Shown here piece by piece: positions 30,696-39,761 of a stretch of 64,000 nt of DNA. The first letter of the stretch is position 1. Each line of letters opens with the position of its first letter. The notes beneath the pieces are model-generated. The model ran no database searches, had not been told where the DNA came from, and saw only the letters and a list, made by a program, of their open reading frames with translations. The stretch is from an uncultured Candidatus Rokubacteria bacterium. GTDB taxonomy: Bacteria > Methylomirabilota > Methylomirabilia > Rokubacteriales > DASRDR01. The stretch lies in contig CAWDVE010000019.1 in NCBI GenBank assembly GCA_963805625.1, forward strand, positions 320,001-384,000. The letters are read 5' to 3'. Position numbers and translations under genes: made by a program.

Positions 30696-30753
30696 ACGGT
30701 CGGATGTGCCCCTGCTGCCCTGCTCGTGCCCCACGTGGGGCGGGCAGGCCCCA
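30696..30753. promoter_or_regulatory. Triple tandem enhancer boxes (20-bp period)
   Basis: Right arms GCCCCT (30708), GCCCCA (30728), GCCCCA (30748); last box is perfect TGGGGC-GGGCAG-GCCCCA. Confidence 0.75.
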
Positions 30754-30758
30754 GCCCC

Positions 30759-31943
30759 TCAGATCACTCCATGGGCGCGGCCCACCTTGAGAAATGCCGT
30801 CACCGCATGCTCGAGGTGCTCGCGCGAGTGGGCCGCGCTGATCTGGACGCGGATCCGAGCCTGCCCCTTGGGCACCACCGGATACCAGAAGCCGACCGCA
30901 TAGATCCCCTCACCGAGGAGATCGGAGGCCACGGCGTGCGCGAGCCGCGCGTCGCCGAGCATGATCGGGACGATCGGATGCTCCCCGGGGCGGATCCGGA
31001 AGCCCGCGTGCGTCATCGCCTCCCTGAACCAGCGGGTGTTGGCGGCGAGCCGGTCACAGCGCTCGGCGGTCTGGGACAGCAGTTCGAGGCAGGCGAGGGA
31101 GGCGCACACGACGGCCGGCGCGAGGCTGTTGGAGAACAAGTAGGGACGCGACCGCTGGCGCAACAGCGAGACGATCTCTTGCCGGCCGGTCGTGAAGCCC
31201 CCACTGGCACCGCCAAGGGCCTTGCCGAGGGTCGACGTCACGATGTCCACCCGACCCGACACGCCGCAGTGCTCGGGCGTCCCGCGGCCAGTTGGGCCGA
31301 AGAAGCCGGTGGCGTGGCTGTCGTCGACCATCACGAGTGCCCGATACCGGTCGGCGAGATCGCAGAGCTGGCGCAGCGGCGCGACGTCGCCGTCCATGGA
31401 GAAGACGCCGTCGGTCGCGATGAGTCTTGTCCGCGCTCCGGCCGTCTCCCCGAGAAGCCGTTCGAGCTCGTCCATGTTGCCGTGGGTGTACCGGTGTCGC
31501 TGAGCCTTGCACAGCCGAATCCCGTCGATGATGGACGCGTGGTTCAGGGCGTCGGAGATCACGGCATCCTGCTCGTCGAGGAGCGTCTCGAACAACCCCC
31601 CGTTGGCGTCGAAGCAGGAAGAGTAGAGGATCGTGTCCTCCGTCCCGAGGAACCGCGTGAGCGCCGCCTCGAGCTCCTTGTGGATCGTCTGGGTGCCGCA
31701 GATGAAGCGGACGCTCGACAGCCCGAAGCCCCATCGCGCCAGGCCTTCCTGGGCTGCCCGGACGAGGTGGGGATCATCGGCCAGGCCGAGATAGTTGTTG
31801 GCGCAGAAGTTGAGGACGCTCCGGCCATCGACCGTGATGGCCGCTCCCTGAGGGCCTTCGATCGCGCGCTCGTGCTTCGTGAGGCCGGCGGCCTCGATCT
31901 CGTCGAGCTCGACCTGGAATCGCCGTCGCGCTGACTGGTCCAT
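30759..31943 (-). CDS. kbl: Glycine C-acetyltransferase (2-amino-3-ketobutyrate CoA ligase)
   Basis: [51 protein letters not shown]. Confidence 0.95.
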   Translation of the reverse strand: MDQSARRRFQVELDEIEAAGLTKHERAIEGPQGAAITVDGRSVLNFCANNYLGLADDPHLVRAAQEGLARWGFGLSSVRFICGTQTIHKELEAALTRFLGTEDTILYSSCFDANGGLFETLLDEQDAVISDALNHASIIDGIRLCKAQRHRYTHGNMDELERLLGETAGARTRLIATDGVFSMDGDVAPLRQLCDLADRYRALVMVDDSHATGFFGPTGRGTPEHCGVSGRVDIVTSTLGKALGGASGGFTTGRQEIVSLLRQRSRPYLFSNSLAPAVVCASLACLELLSQTAERCDRLAANTRWFREAMTHAGFRIRPGEHPIVPIMLGDARLAHAVASDLLGEGIYAVGFWYPVVPKGQARIRVQISAAHSREHLEHAVTAFLKVGRAHGVI

Positions 31944-31944
31944 G

Positions 31945-32970
31945 TCATCCTCCGCCGTAGCGCCGCCGGATGTTAGGCACGAGATACTCGCGCAGCGCTC
32001 GGTCGAGGTCGTACCTGGGCCGGAATCCCCAGTCCCGTCGGGCCTGAGTGTCGTCCAGGTCGGCTGGCCAGGAGTCCACGATCCGCTGCCGGCGCCGGTC
32101 GGGCGCGAAGGTGATGGCCGTTCCCGGAAAGGCGGAGCGCACCAGGTCGGCCAGTTCCCCGGCGCTCGGATTGAAGGCGGTGACGTTGTAGACCGGGCTG
32201 GCCAGACGCTCGGCCGGTGCGTCGGCGAGCGCGAGCAGGGCGTCCACGGCGTCGGGCATTGCCATGAACGGGATGCGGGTATCCTCGCGAACGAAGCACG
32301 CATACGGTTTCGACTGGGCGGCGGCGTGGATCATCTCGGGCGCGTAGTCGCTCGTCCCCCCGCTGGGCGTGGTGAATGCCGAGATGAGTCCGGGAAATCG
32401 GATCGAGCGAAAGTCCACGCCGCGCACCTCTTCCTCGGCCGCGAGCTGCCCGTAGTGTCGGCTGTAGTAGCGGCCGAGATGCTCGGCGTAGAGCTTGTTG
32501 CAGCCGTACATGGTGATGGGCAGGGTCCAGGTGTTCTCCGCGACCGGCCCGGCTCTCCTCTTTGCCTCGACGTCCGGCAGGCCGTAGACCGCGATGGAGC
32601 TGGGAAAGAGGAACCGGACGCGGTGACCGTGCCAGCGTGCCTCCTCGACAGCCAGCTTCAGCAGGTTCAGCGTCCCTCCCACGTTGATCTCGTGAGCCGA
32701 CTCCGGAACGAACTCCGCCCGGGTGGAGAGAACCGCGGCGAGATGGTAGATCGCGTGGATCTCGAACTCGCTGCGGAGACGCTCGAGGAGATGACGGTCG
32801 CGGATGTCCCCCGCAAGGCTCATGGCGCAGCGACGCGCCAGTTCAGGCTCGAGCGGCCGGACGTCAAGGGCCAGCACGTCGACCGCGCCGCCCTCGGTGA
32901 AGCGGTGAATCAGCCCGTGTGCCATCTCTCCACTCGCCCCGGTGACGAGCACCATGGGCCTACGTGCCAT
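31945..32970 (-). CDS. SDR-type (GalE-like) L-threonine 3-dehydrogenase
   Basis: [47 protein letters not shown]; adjacent to kbl. Confidence 0.85.
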   Translation of the reverse strand: MARRPMVLVTGASGEMAHGLIHRFTEGGAVDVLALDVRPLEPELARRCAMSLAGDIRDRHLLERLRSEFEIHAIYHLAAVLSTRAEFVPESAHEINVGGTLNLLKLAVEEARWHGHRVRFLFPSSIAVYGLPDVEAKRRAGPVAENTWTLPITMYGCNKLYAEHLGRYYSRHYGQLAAEEEVRGVDFRSIRFPGLISAFTTPSGGTSDYAPEMIHAAAQSKPYACFVREDTRIPFMAMPDAVDALLALADAPAERLASPVYNVTAFNPSAGELADLVRSAFPGTAITFAPDRRRQRIVDSWPADLDDTQARRDWGFRPRYDLDRALREYLVPNIRRRYGGG

Positions 32971-33301
32971 GTCGAGCCTCCCGAGGCTTGGGCCGATGGG
33001 GCTCCTGGGCGCGGATCGCCTGCCCGCCGTCTAGGTGCATGGCAGGCGGAGCCGTCGGTGATCCGGCGGCGAGGGCAGTCGCCGCGGGCGACCAGGCTCG
33101 GGAGGCGGGGGCCCGGGTGGCTGTGGCGGGTCGGGCGGGGGAGTGGGATCGGGAGGCTCCGGGGGCGGCCTTCGAGCCGGGCCACGGGCGTCCGCGGTTA
33201 GCCCCGAGCTTGCGGGCTCCCGCGTCTCGAGTCCCAATCCTCTCGGTGTCGGGCCGAGGTCGTCACCGCATCTCATCGGTCCCACCGACTCGACGCGGAG
33301 C

Positions 33302-33769
33302 CTACCAGAGAAAGCCCTCGACATCGACGGGCGGATCCGGCATCAGCAGCGACACGGTCCTCACCAGGTCTCGCTCGGTGAGGATCCCCGCCAGCTTCGT
33401 GCCGTCGACTACCGGGAGACTGCCGAAGCGCCCAAAGAACAGCACGCGCGCCGCATGCCCGAGGGCGACCTCAGGATGCGTGGTCACAACGTCCCAGGTC
33501 ATCGCATCACGCACGCGGAGCTCCTCCAGGGCCTGGGCCAGCCCGGACGCGCGGCGCTGGGCGCTGCCCGAGAGGTGCTCGATCAGCGCGGGCGCGAAAG
33601 CCGCGCTGCGGAGATCCCGGTCGGTGATGATCCCGAGGAGGCGGCCCGCGTCGTCGGTCACCAGGAGGTGGTGGATCCCTTCCTTCTTCATGACGGCCAT
33701 CGCCGTGGCGAGCGGCGCCTCAGGATCGATCGTGATCGGGTTCCGGGTCATGACGTCCTTGACCTTCAT
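33302..33769 (-). CDS. CBS-domain pair protein
   Basis: IHHLLVTD..GIITDRDLR; FGSLPVVD..GILTERDL. Confidence 0.9.
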   Translation of the reverse strand: MKVKDVMTRNPITIDPEAPLATAMAVMKKEGIHHLLVTDDAGRLLGIITDRDLRSAAFAPALIEHLSGSAQRRASGLAQALEELRVRDAMTWDVVTTHPEVALGHAARVLFFGRFGSLPVVDGTKLAGILTERDLVRTVSLLMPDPPVDVEGFLW

Positions 33770-33845
33770 GGCTTCTCCCCGGCGCCGCTCGAGCTCTCGA
33801 GAACCGTCAACGTCGCTTGACTCGATCGGCGGCGCCCTCGGTCGG

Positions 33846-34292
33846 TTACCTCGCCCGGACGGTCAGGACCGGGCAGGGGGCCAGCGTGACGACCCGTGCG
33901 GCGACGCTACCCAGGAACACCCGGCCGAGGCCGGTGCGACCGTGGGTCCCGAGCACGATGAGGTCCGCCCGCGTGGATCGGGCCGCCCGCACGATGCGGT
34001 CGTGGGGGATGCCCTCCAGGGCGAGACCCTTGGCCCGGACCCCGCTCTTCCTGGCCTGGGCCACGAGCCGACCGACCCGGCGCTGGGCGTCCCCCCGGAC
34101 GTCGGCCATCCACTTGTCGTAGACCTGTGGCGTGGCGTAGCCCTCACCCATCATCGGGATGATGATCGAATAGACATGGACGATGGTGAGACTGGCCCGG
34201 TTGGCTCGCGCGAGGCCGAGGGCCCGGCGAAACGCGGGGCGCGACGCCGGGGAGAAGTCGGAGGCGTACAGGATGCGTCGGAACTGGCTCAT
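33846..34292 (-). CDS. Universal stress protein
   Basis: RILYASDFS ... LGTHGRTGLGRVFLGSVAARVV; RBS AAGGAG. Confidence 0.92.
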   Translation of the reverse strand: MSQFRRILYASDFSPASRPAFRRALGLARANRASLTIVHVYSIIIPMMGEGYATPQVYDKWMADVRGDAQRRVGRLVAQARKSGVRAKGLALEGIPHDRIVRAARSTRADLIVLGTHGRTGLGRVFLGSVAARVVTLAPCPVLTVRAR

Positions 34293-34329
34293 CGTAGTCT
34301 CTCCTTCTTCGGCGGAGAGGCGGCGAGCG

Positions 34330-34573
34330 GAGCGAGATGCTCGCCGCGGCCCTCCAGGGTGGCGAGCTTCGGATAGTCCGACTCGGGAATGCCCACACCG
34401 AGCGCCTGGTGCAGCCCACAATGCATGCGGCCCAGAGCGTGGAAGGTCGCTTCCAAGGGCGCGTCGCAGATCATGTTCGGGTGGTCGATGTTCTTCCGTT
34501 CGACCAGTTCGACCCGGCCGGTGGTGATGGTCGTTGCCGCCAGGCCTCGGTCACCAGCCGCTCTTCCATCATC
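34330..34573 (-). pseudogene. Mosaic remnant: archaeal-type SAM synthetase N-terminus + acyl carrier protein C-terminus
   Basis: VELVERKNIDHPNMICDA resembles the VERKGxGHPDxICD motif; GLHQALGVGIPESDYPKLATLEG matches the intact ACP at 56524 (GLHHAFRVDIPESDYPKLASLDG). Confidence 0.65.
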
Positions 34574-34682
34574 GCGTCTCCCCACCGATTCTACGCCGAC
34601 CGCTTCGCGTCGTCCGGCGCCGAATGCGTGGCGCCCGAGCCGATGAAACCGGACGACTCATTTGGTGATCTGCCGCTGCTCT

Positions 34683-34698
34683 CGCACAAGGTCTGCCA
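34683..34698 (-). promoter_or_regulatory. Possible sigma-54 promoter
   Basis: TGGCAG-ACCTT-GTGCG (GG-N10-GC kept, -12 element imperfect). Confidence 0.4.
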
Positions 34699-34805
34699 GA
34701 GAGCAGGCCCTCCCCGCGGTCGGCTTGTCTCGTCGGTCGATGTGCGGGTCAGGACTCGGTGCCCCCGGCGGGTACGCATCGTCCGTGCCGCCCGCCTCCC
34801 GTGAA

Positions 34806-35633
34806 TCACGCGCGCTGGACGAGGCGAATCTCGCCAGCGACGACCGTGTGGACGCGTTTGCGCGTGTCCTTGACCTGGAGGTGCCCCTCGGTGTCAACAC
34901 CGAGGGCGCGGCCGGCGAAGACCGTTGGCCCTTCGCGGACTTCGACCCACCGTCCCGTCACCACATCGACGTCGCGCCACCCTGCGAGGATTGCGGCTGC
35001 GCCCTTTGCCTGATAGGTATCCAGGCGTCCCTCTAGGCAGGTCAGAAACCTTGCGGTGAACGCGTTTCGATCCACTGCACGACCGAGCGCCTCCCGCAGC
35101 GAGGTGGCAAACTGCCCCGTCTCGCCCAAGCCCGTGCGAAGGGCCTTGTGGGTTACGTTGAGGTTGACCCCGACACCGAGCACGATGTACTCGACCGCAT
35201 CCCCGCGGGCGGTCATCTCGGCGCGCACGCCGGCCACCTTGCGGTTCCGCACGAGAACGTCGTTCGGCCACTTGAGCCCCGCCTTGACCCCCAGCTCACG
35301 GATCGAATCAACCAAGGCAAGCGGGGCAATGAAGGCGAAGCCCGGCGCGGCAGCCGCGGCGATCGGCGGCCGGAAGAGGATCGAGGCATACAGGTTCACG
35401 CCGGGCGGTGAGAACCAAGTCTTCTGCCCCCGACCTCGGCCCGCGGTCTGACTCTCGGCCAGGACCACGGTGCCCTCGAGCGCTCCGGCGTCCGCCAGCT
35501 CACGCAGGCTCGCATTCGTCGATGCGACCACCTCGTGCAAGACGATCCGTCGCCCGATGGTATGCGTGGCGAGCTGCTGCCGGATCACGTCGATGCTGAG
35601 CGTCTCTCTCGCGATGATGGCGCGAGGCGGCAT
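34806..35633 (-). CDS. birA: Biotin--protein ligase (no HTH)
   Basis: STN, AESQTAGRGR..WFSP, LKWPND..KVAG, GVGVN. Confidence 0.92.
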   Translation of the reverse strand: MPPRAIIARETLSIDVIRQQLATHTIGRRIVLHEVVASTNASLRELADAGALEGTVVLAESQTAGRGRGQKTWFSPPGVNLYASILFRPPIAAAAAPGFAFIAPLALVDSIRELGVKAGLKWPNDVLVRNRKVAGVRAEMTARGDAVEYIVLGVGVNLNVTHKALRTGLGETGQFATSLREALGRAVDRNAFTARFLTCLEGRLDTYQAKGAAAILAGWRDVDVVTGRWVEVREGPTVFAGRALGVDTEGHLQVKDTRKRVHTVVAGEIRLVQRA

Positions 35634-35789
35634 CGGAGGACTCCTCTGTTCGGCTCGCCGCCCCACCGGGGAGGATCGGGAGGGAGCCGTCCGGATGCCT
35701 GTGCGACGAGCGGTTGTTCGCCCCATGGTGTCAGCGCGTCGCGCCCAGGAACGTCACTCGACGATCCGCACCCTGAGCCATCAGGGGAT

Positions 35790-35993
35790 CTAGCCCTTCT
35801 TGACCTTCGGCTTGGTCCGCCCCCAGAGGATCCGCGGGCCCTCCGCGGCCTCGAACAGCGTCGTATCCTTTCTCACCGCCGTGCGTGCGGTCTTCAGCCG
35901 CCGACGGACCCTGGCCGGTGCGACGGACCGCTCCGCGGGCCGCCCGGCCTTCGGGGATCGGGGAGGCTCGGCGGGACCTCGCTCAGTTGCCAT
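35790..35993 (-). CDS. Small basic hypothetical protein (67 aa), paralog of 6026..6229
   Basis: RBS AAAGGAG; shares RVRRRxKTAxxAVRKDT and WxxxKPKxKK. Confidence 0.75.
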   Translation of the reverse strand: MATERGPAEPPRSPKAGRPAERSVAPARVRRRLKTARTAVRKDTTLFEAAEGPRILWGRTKPKVKKG

Positions 35994-36342
35994 CGTTCGC
36001 TCCTTTCTCTGACAGGCTCCGTCCAGAAGGGACCCGTGTCACGCGGCTCACGCGCTGGCCATCCGATTCGAGCAACCGAGTCTCGACGACGATTCCGATC
36101 TGGCGAGCGAGCCCATCGGCTCGCTCCAGCACTCGGAGTCCAGCCTGGCGCCAGATCTGCCGCAACACCTCCAGATCGGTGCGAACCTCGGTGTACCAGC
36201 TCTCCGGATAGGCGTAGGGTGACTCGACGGCGTGCACGACCCGCACCTGAGACGCATGGGTCTTGGCGAGCGCCAGCGCTTCCCGGAGCACATCCTCGCC
36301 CATCTTGCTGTCGTCGATGGCGACGAGGATCCGCTTGTACAT
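35983..36342 (-). pseudogene. C-terminally truncated universal stress protein
   Basis: MYKRILVAIDDS..VRVVHAV..VETRLLESDG but no G(T/S)HGRxG/GS segment. Confidence 0.7.
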
Positions 36343-36388
36343 GACGTTCCTCCGGCAGATGTCCGCCTCTGCGCCGGATCGGCTGCTC

Positions 36389-36420
36389 GGCCTTGATGGG
36401 CCCCGGGGTCGATCAAGGCC
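36389..36420. other. Stem-loop just after groEL stop
   Basis: GGCCTTGAT...ATCAAGGCC inverted repeat; no U-tract, so possibly an mRNA-stabilising hairpin. Confidence 0.4.
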
Positions 36421-36426
36421 AAAGGG

Positions 36427-38040
36427 CTACTCCATCACGGGAGTGCGCTCGGCCTTGGGCTCCGGCACCTCCGTCAGGGTCGCTTCGCAGAGGAGCAGCA
36501 AGCTGGCCGCCGAGACCGCGTTCTCGAGACCCACCCGGACCACCTTGGTCGGATCGACGATCCCGGCCTGGAACAGGTCGACGTACTCTTGGCGGGCCGC
36601 GTCGAAGCCGATATGGTCGGTTCCGCTCCGCATCCGATTCACGACGACGCCGCCATCGGCGCCGGAGTTCTCCGCGATCTGGCGAGTCGGCGCATCGAGC
36701 GCCCGGCGAAGGATCTGGAGGCCGGTCCGCTCGTCCCCCTCTGCCTTCGCCTCTTCCCGGCTCACGGCGTCGGTCGCGCGAAGGAGCGCGAGACCGCCGC
36801 CGGGAACGATACCCTCCGCTACCGCTGCCTTCGTCGCGGCGATCGCGTCCTCCAAGGCCTCCTTGCGGCTCTTCATCTCGGCCTCCGAGGGCGCCCCGAC
36901 GCGGATGACGGCCACGCCGCCGGACAGCTTCGCCAGCCGCTCCTCGAGCTTCTCCCGGTCATAGTCGCTCGTCGACTTCTCGACGAGCTGACGAAGCTGC
37001 TGTTTGCGAGCCTCGATCGCGGCCTTGTCACCGGCTCCGCCGATGATCGTGGTGCTGTCCCGATCGACGACGCAGCGCTTCGCGCGGCCGAGATGGCTGG
37101 GATCGATGTTCTCGAGCTTGACGCCGAGCTCTTCGGAGAGCACGCGGCCGCCCGTCAGGATGGCGATGTCCTCCAGCATGTCCTTGCGGCGGTCGCCGAA
37201 GCCGGGCGCCTTGACGGCGACACAGCGAAGGGTGCCCCGGAGCTTGTTCACGACGAGCGTGGCCAGCGCCTCGCCCTCGACATCCTCGCCGACGACCAGG
37301 ATGGACTCCCCGGAGCGAGCCATCTGCTCCAGGAGGGGCAGGAGATCCTTCATGACACCGATCTTCCGGTCCGTGAGGAGGATGGCCGCGTCTTCCAGGA
37401 CGGCCTCCATCTTCTCGGCATCGGTCACGAAGTAGGGCGACACATAACCGCGGTCGAACTGGAGTCCCTCGACGACCTCCAGTTGCGTCTCGGTGGTCTT
37501 CGACTCCTCGACGGTGATCACGCCCTCGCCGCCAACCTTCTCCATCGCATCGGCGACGAGCTCGCCGATCGAGGGGTCGTTGTGAGCAGAGATCGTGGCG
37601 ACCTGGGCTTTCTCGAGTCGGCTCTTGACGGGACGCGACATGGCACGGATGGCCTCGACGGCGATCCGGACGCCTCGATCGAGGCCGCGCTTGAGGTCGA
37701 TCGCGCTGGCGCCGGCGGTGACGTTGCGGACGCCGTCGGCGAAGATGGCCTGCGCGAGCACGGTGGAAGTGCTGGTGCCGTCGCCGACCGCATCGCCGGT
37801 GCGCTCCGCCGCCTGGCGGATCATCTGGGCGCCGAGGTTCTCGGAGGGATCCTTGAGGGCCATCTCCTTGGCGATCGTCACTCCATCGTTGCAGACGAGT
37901 GGAGGGCCAAAGCTCCGCTGGATCAGCACACACTTGGACTTGGGGCCGAGCGTCACGCGCACGGCGTCGGCGAGGGTCGACGCGCCGCGCAGGATCTTTT
38001 CACGAGCCTCGGACCGGAACATGACCTGTTTGTACGGCAT
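36427..38040 (-). CDS. groL: Chaperonin GroEL (no adjacent groES, no GGM tail)
   Basis: [49 protein letters not shown]. Confidence 0.96.
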   Translation of the reverse strand: MPYKQVMFRSEAREKILRGASTLADAVRVTLGPKSKCVLIQRSFGPPLVCNDGVTIAKEMALKDPSENLGAQMIRQAAERTGDAVGDGTSTSTVLAQAIFADGVRNVTAGASAIDLKRGLDRGVRIAVEAIRAMSRPVKSRLEKAQVATISAHNDPSIGELVADAMEKVGGEGVITVEESKTTETQLEVVEGLQFDRGYVSPYFVTDAEKMEAVLEDAAILLTDRKIGVMKDLLPLLEQMARSGESILVVGEDVEGEALATLVVNKLRGTLRCVAVKAPGFGDRRKDMLEDIAILTGGRVLSEELGVKLENIDPSHLGRAKRCVVDRDSTTIIGGAGDKAAIEARKQQLRQLVEKSTSDYDREKLEERLAKLSGGVAVIRVGAPSEAEMKSRKEALEDAIAATKAAVAEGIVPGGGLALLRATDAVSREEAKAEGDERTGLQILRRALDAPTRQIAENSGADGGVVVNRMRSGTDHIGFDAARQEYVDLFQAGIVDPTKVVRVGLENAVSAASLLLLCEATLTEVPEPKAERTPVME

Positions 38041-38089
38041 GATTGTGTCCTTCTTAGTTGCGCTCAGCCGAGCACACGGGCGAGTCCCC

Positions 38090-38431
38090 TCACTCCCGAA
38101 TGACTTGGCAGGTCAGGCAGTGGCGGGTGGCGGGCATGGCCTGGAGCCGCGGAAGGGGAATGCTTCCCCCGCAGCTCTCGCATACCCCGTAGGTGCCAGC
38201 GTGCAGCCGGGCGAAGGCGGCGTCGATCTCCTCCATCTCCTGTCGCTCCCGGTCGTCCAGGCGAGCCAGGATACCGATGACTTCCTGCCGGGCCGCATCC
38301 TCGATCGGCGCGCCCGGCTCCCGGGCCTCCAGCGTCGCGACCTCCCCTTCGGTCGCTGCCGCCGTTCGCAGGAGCTGGGATCGCAGGTCACGTAGACCGG
38401 CGCGCAAGCGCTCCCGCACGACACGGTCCAT
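38090..38431 (-). CDS. TraR/DksA-family C4 zinc-finger protein
   Basis: Coiled coil, then [28 protein letters not shown]. Confidence 0.88.
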   Translation of the reverse strand: MDRVVRERLRAGLRDLRSQLLRTAAATEGEVATLEAREPGAPIEDAARQEVIGILARLDDRERQEMEEIDAAFARLHAGTYGVCESCGGSIPLPRLQAMPATRHCLTCQVIRE

Positions 38432-38476
38432 CGATCGGCGGATCTCCTTCACGGGTATCCTCTCCAGCTCCCGGTG

Positions 38477-38492
38477 TGCAATGCATGTGCCC
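38477..38492 (-). promoter_or_regulatory. Sigma-54 promoter for traR-like/groL
   Basis: GGGCAC-ATGCA-TTGCA. Confidence 0.75.
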
Positions 38493-38553
38493 GGAACTCG
38501 ACACCGAAAACCCCCTGACCTCGAAGCTGGAGACCTATGGGGCGGTGGCGTGG

Positions 38554-38594
38554 TGTCCCATCCCGTCCCCACCTGGGGAGGGCGCTCAGCCCCA
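38554..38594. promoter_or_regulatory. Tandem enhancer boxes
   Basis: TGTCCC-ATCCCG-TCCCCA (38554), followed by TGGGGA (38574) and GCCCCA (38589). Confidence 0.55.
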
Positions 38595-38805
38595 ACGCTC
38601 CTCGAGGAGGCCGCCCTGGCAGAGGGGCGTGGCGGACGTCGACGACCTCGCCGAGGTGCCTGTAGACGAAGGCGGCATCCTCGGCCACGCGCGATTTGGG
38701 CTTGCCATGTCCCACCGGCGCCTCAGTTGAGGCACCGGCGTCTCCTGACGTGGTGGCAGGAGCAGTAAGATGGCCTCCAAGGCTTCAGGGATGGGCTCCG
38801 GATCC

Positions 38806-38821
38806 GGGCATGGGGATCGCA
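38806..38821 (+). promoter_or_regulatory. Possible sigma-54 promoter
   Basis: GGGCAT-GGGGA-TCGCA (GG-N10-GC kept). Confidence 0.35.
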
Positions 38822-38939
38822 CGGTGTAGTTTGACGGCCGTGATGGCCAGAGCCGTGGACGGAGCGCGACGGGAACCGCAGGCGTGATGTCGGCGGGTGC
38901 GGCTGGGCCCGAAAGGCGGAGGATCCGGGAGGGGAGCGC

Positions 38940-39254
38940 ATGGGGCCCAAGAAGGGTGTGCAGTCGAGAGTTCGGCGGACTACTCGGCGCGGCAAGCCCC
39001 GGCGCTGGGTCAAGACCGTCACTACCATCTCCACGAAGACACCGACGGGATTGTTCACTCGCGACGCTGCGACCATCGCGCGGACGCTCGCCTTGCCGCG
39101 CGTCAGTCCGAAGGGGTCGGTCTCCGGCCTGCGGATGCTGTCCTTCTTCATCAATCGCGCGGGCCGCGGGCTATCGCGGTCACGCCGAGCCGAGCTCGAG
39201 AAGGCCAAACGGCTCATGCGGAAGGCGATTGCCGCAGCACGGGCCAGGAGCTGA
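38940..39254 (+). CDS. DUF3175-like small basic protein
   Basis: RWVKTV..GLFT..IARTL..MLSFFINRAGRGL..ELEKAK; RBS GGGGAG. Confidence 0.75.
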   Translation: MGPKKGVQSRVRRTTRRGKPRRWVKTVTTISTKTPTGLFTRDAATIARTLALPRVSPKGSVSGLRMLSFFINRAGRGLSRSRRAELEKAKRLMRKAIAAARARS

Positions 39255-39258
39255 TGCC

Positions 39259-39699
39259 ATGAAGGTGCGGGAGGTCATGCGGCAAGCGCTCCTGACGGTG
39301 AGACCCGACATCCCGGCACGGATGGCGGCCAAGATGATGCGTACCCACCAGGTGAGACACCTTCTCGTGACCGACGAGGAAGAGCGGCTGATTGGCATCC
39401 TGACCGACCGCGATCTTCGGCACGCAGCGTTCCTGCCCCTCCTCGCGCCGCACCTCGCGTGGGAGGAGCGATGGCTGAAGGCGCCACGGGTGCGGGACGT
39501 GATGACCTGGAAGGTCGTGACGATCGAACCGGACGTCGACCTCGTCCGAGCCGGCCTTCTGATGTTCGAGCGGCGCATCGGGAGTCTGCCGGTCACGGAC
39601 CATGGGACGCTGGTCGGGATCGTGACCGAGCGCGATGTGTTCGAGGCGTTCCGAACAGCCGGCGAGTCCTCGGATCCGGCCGAGCTCTACCTGGGCTGA
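39259..39699 (+). CDS. CBS-domain pair protein
   Basis: VRHLLVTD..GILTDRDLR; IGSLPV..GIVTERDV; paralog of 33302 and 63432. Confidence 0.9.
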   Translation: MKVREVMRQALLTVRPDIPARMAAKMMRTHQVRHLLVTDEEERLIGILTDRDLRHAAFLPLLAPHLAWEERWLKAPRVRDVMTWKVVTIEPDVDLVRAGLLMFERRIGSLPVTDHGTLVGIVTERDVFEAFRTAGESSDPAELYLG

Positions 39700-39761
39700 C
39701 CTTCTCGAGCTGCCTTCGTGGTGTTGGCGACCCACGTGCTCTCCCGCCCGCCGCTCGATTC

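Noticed and set aside
29520-31934. Long plus-strand ORFs (also 7033..8808, 36589..38103, 44994..47309, 62314..63792, and minus-strand 51983..53737)
   Set aside because: Antisense shadows of well-supported genes in high-GC DNA, with no recognisable motifs
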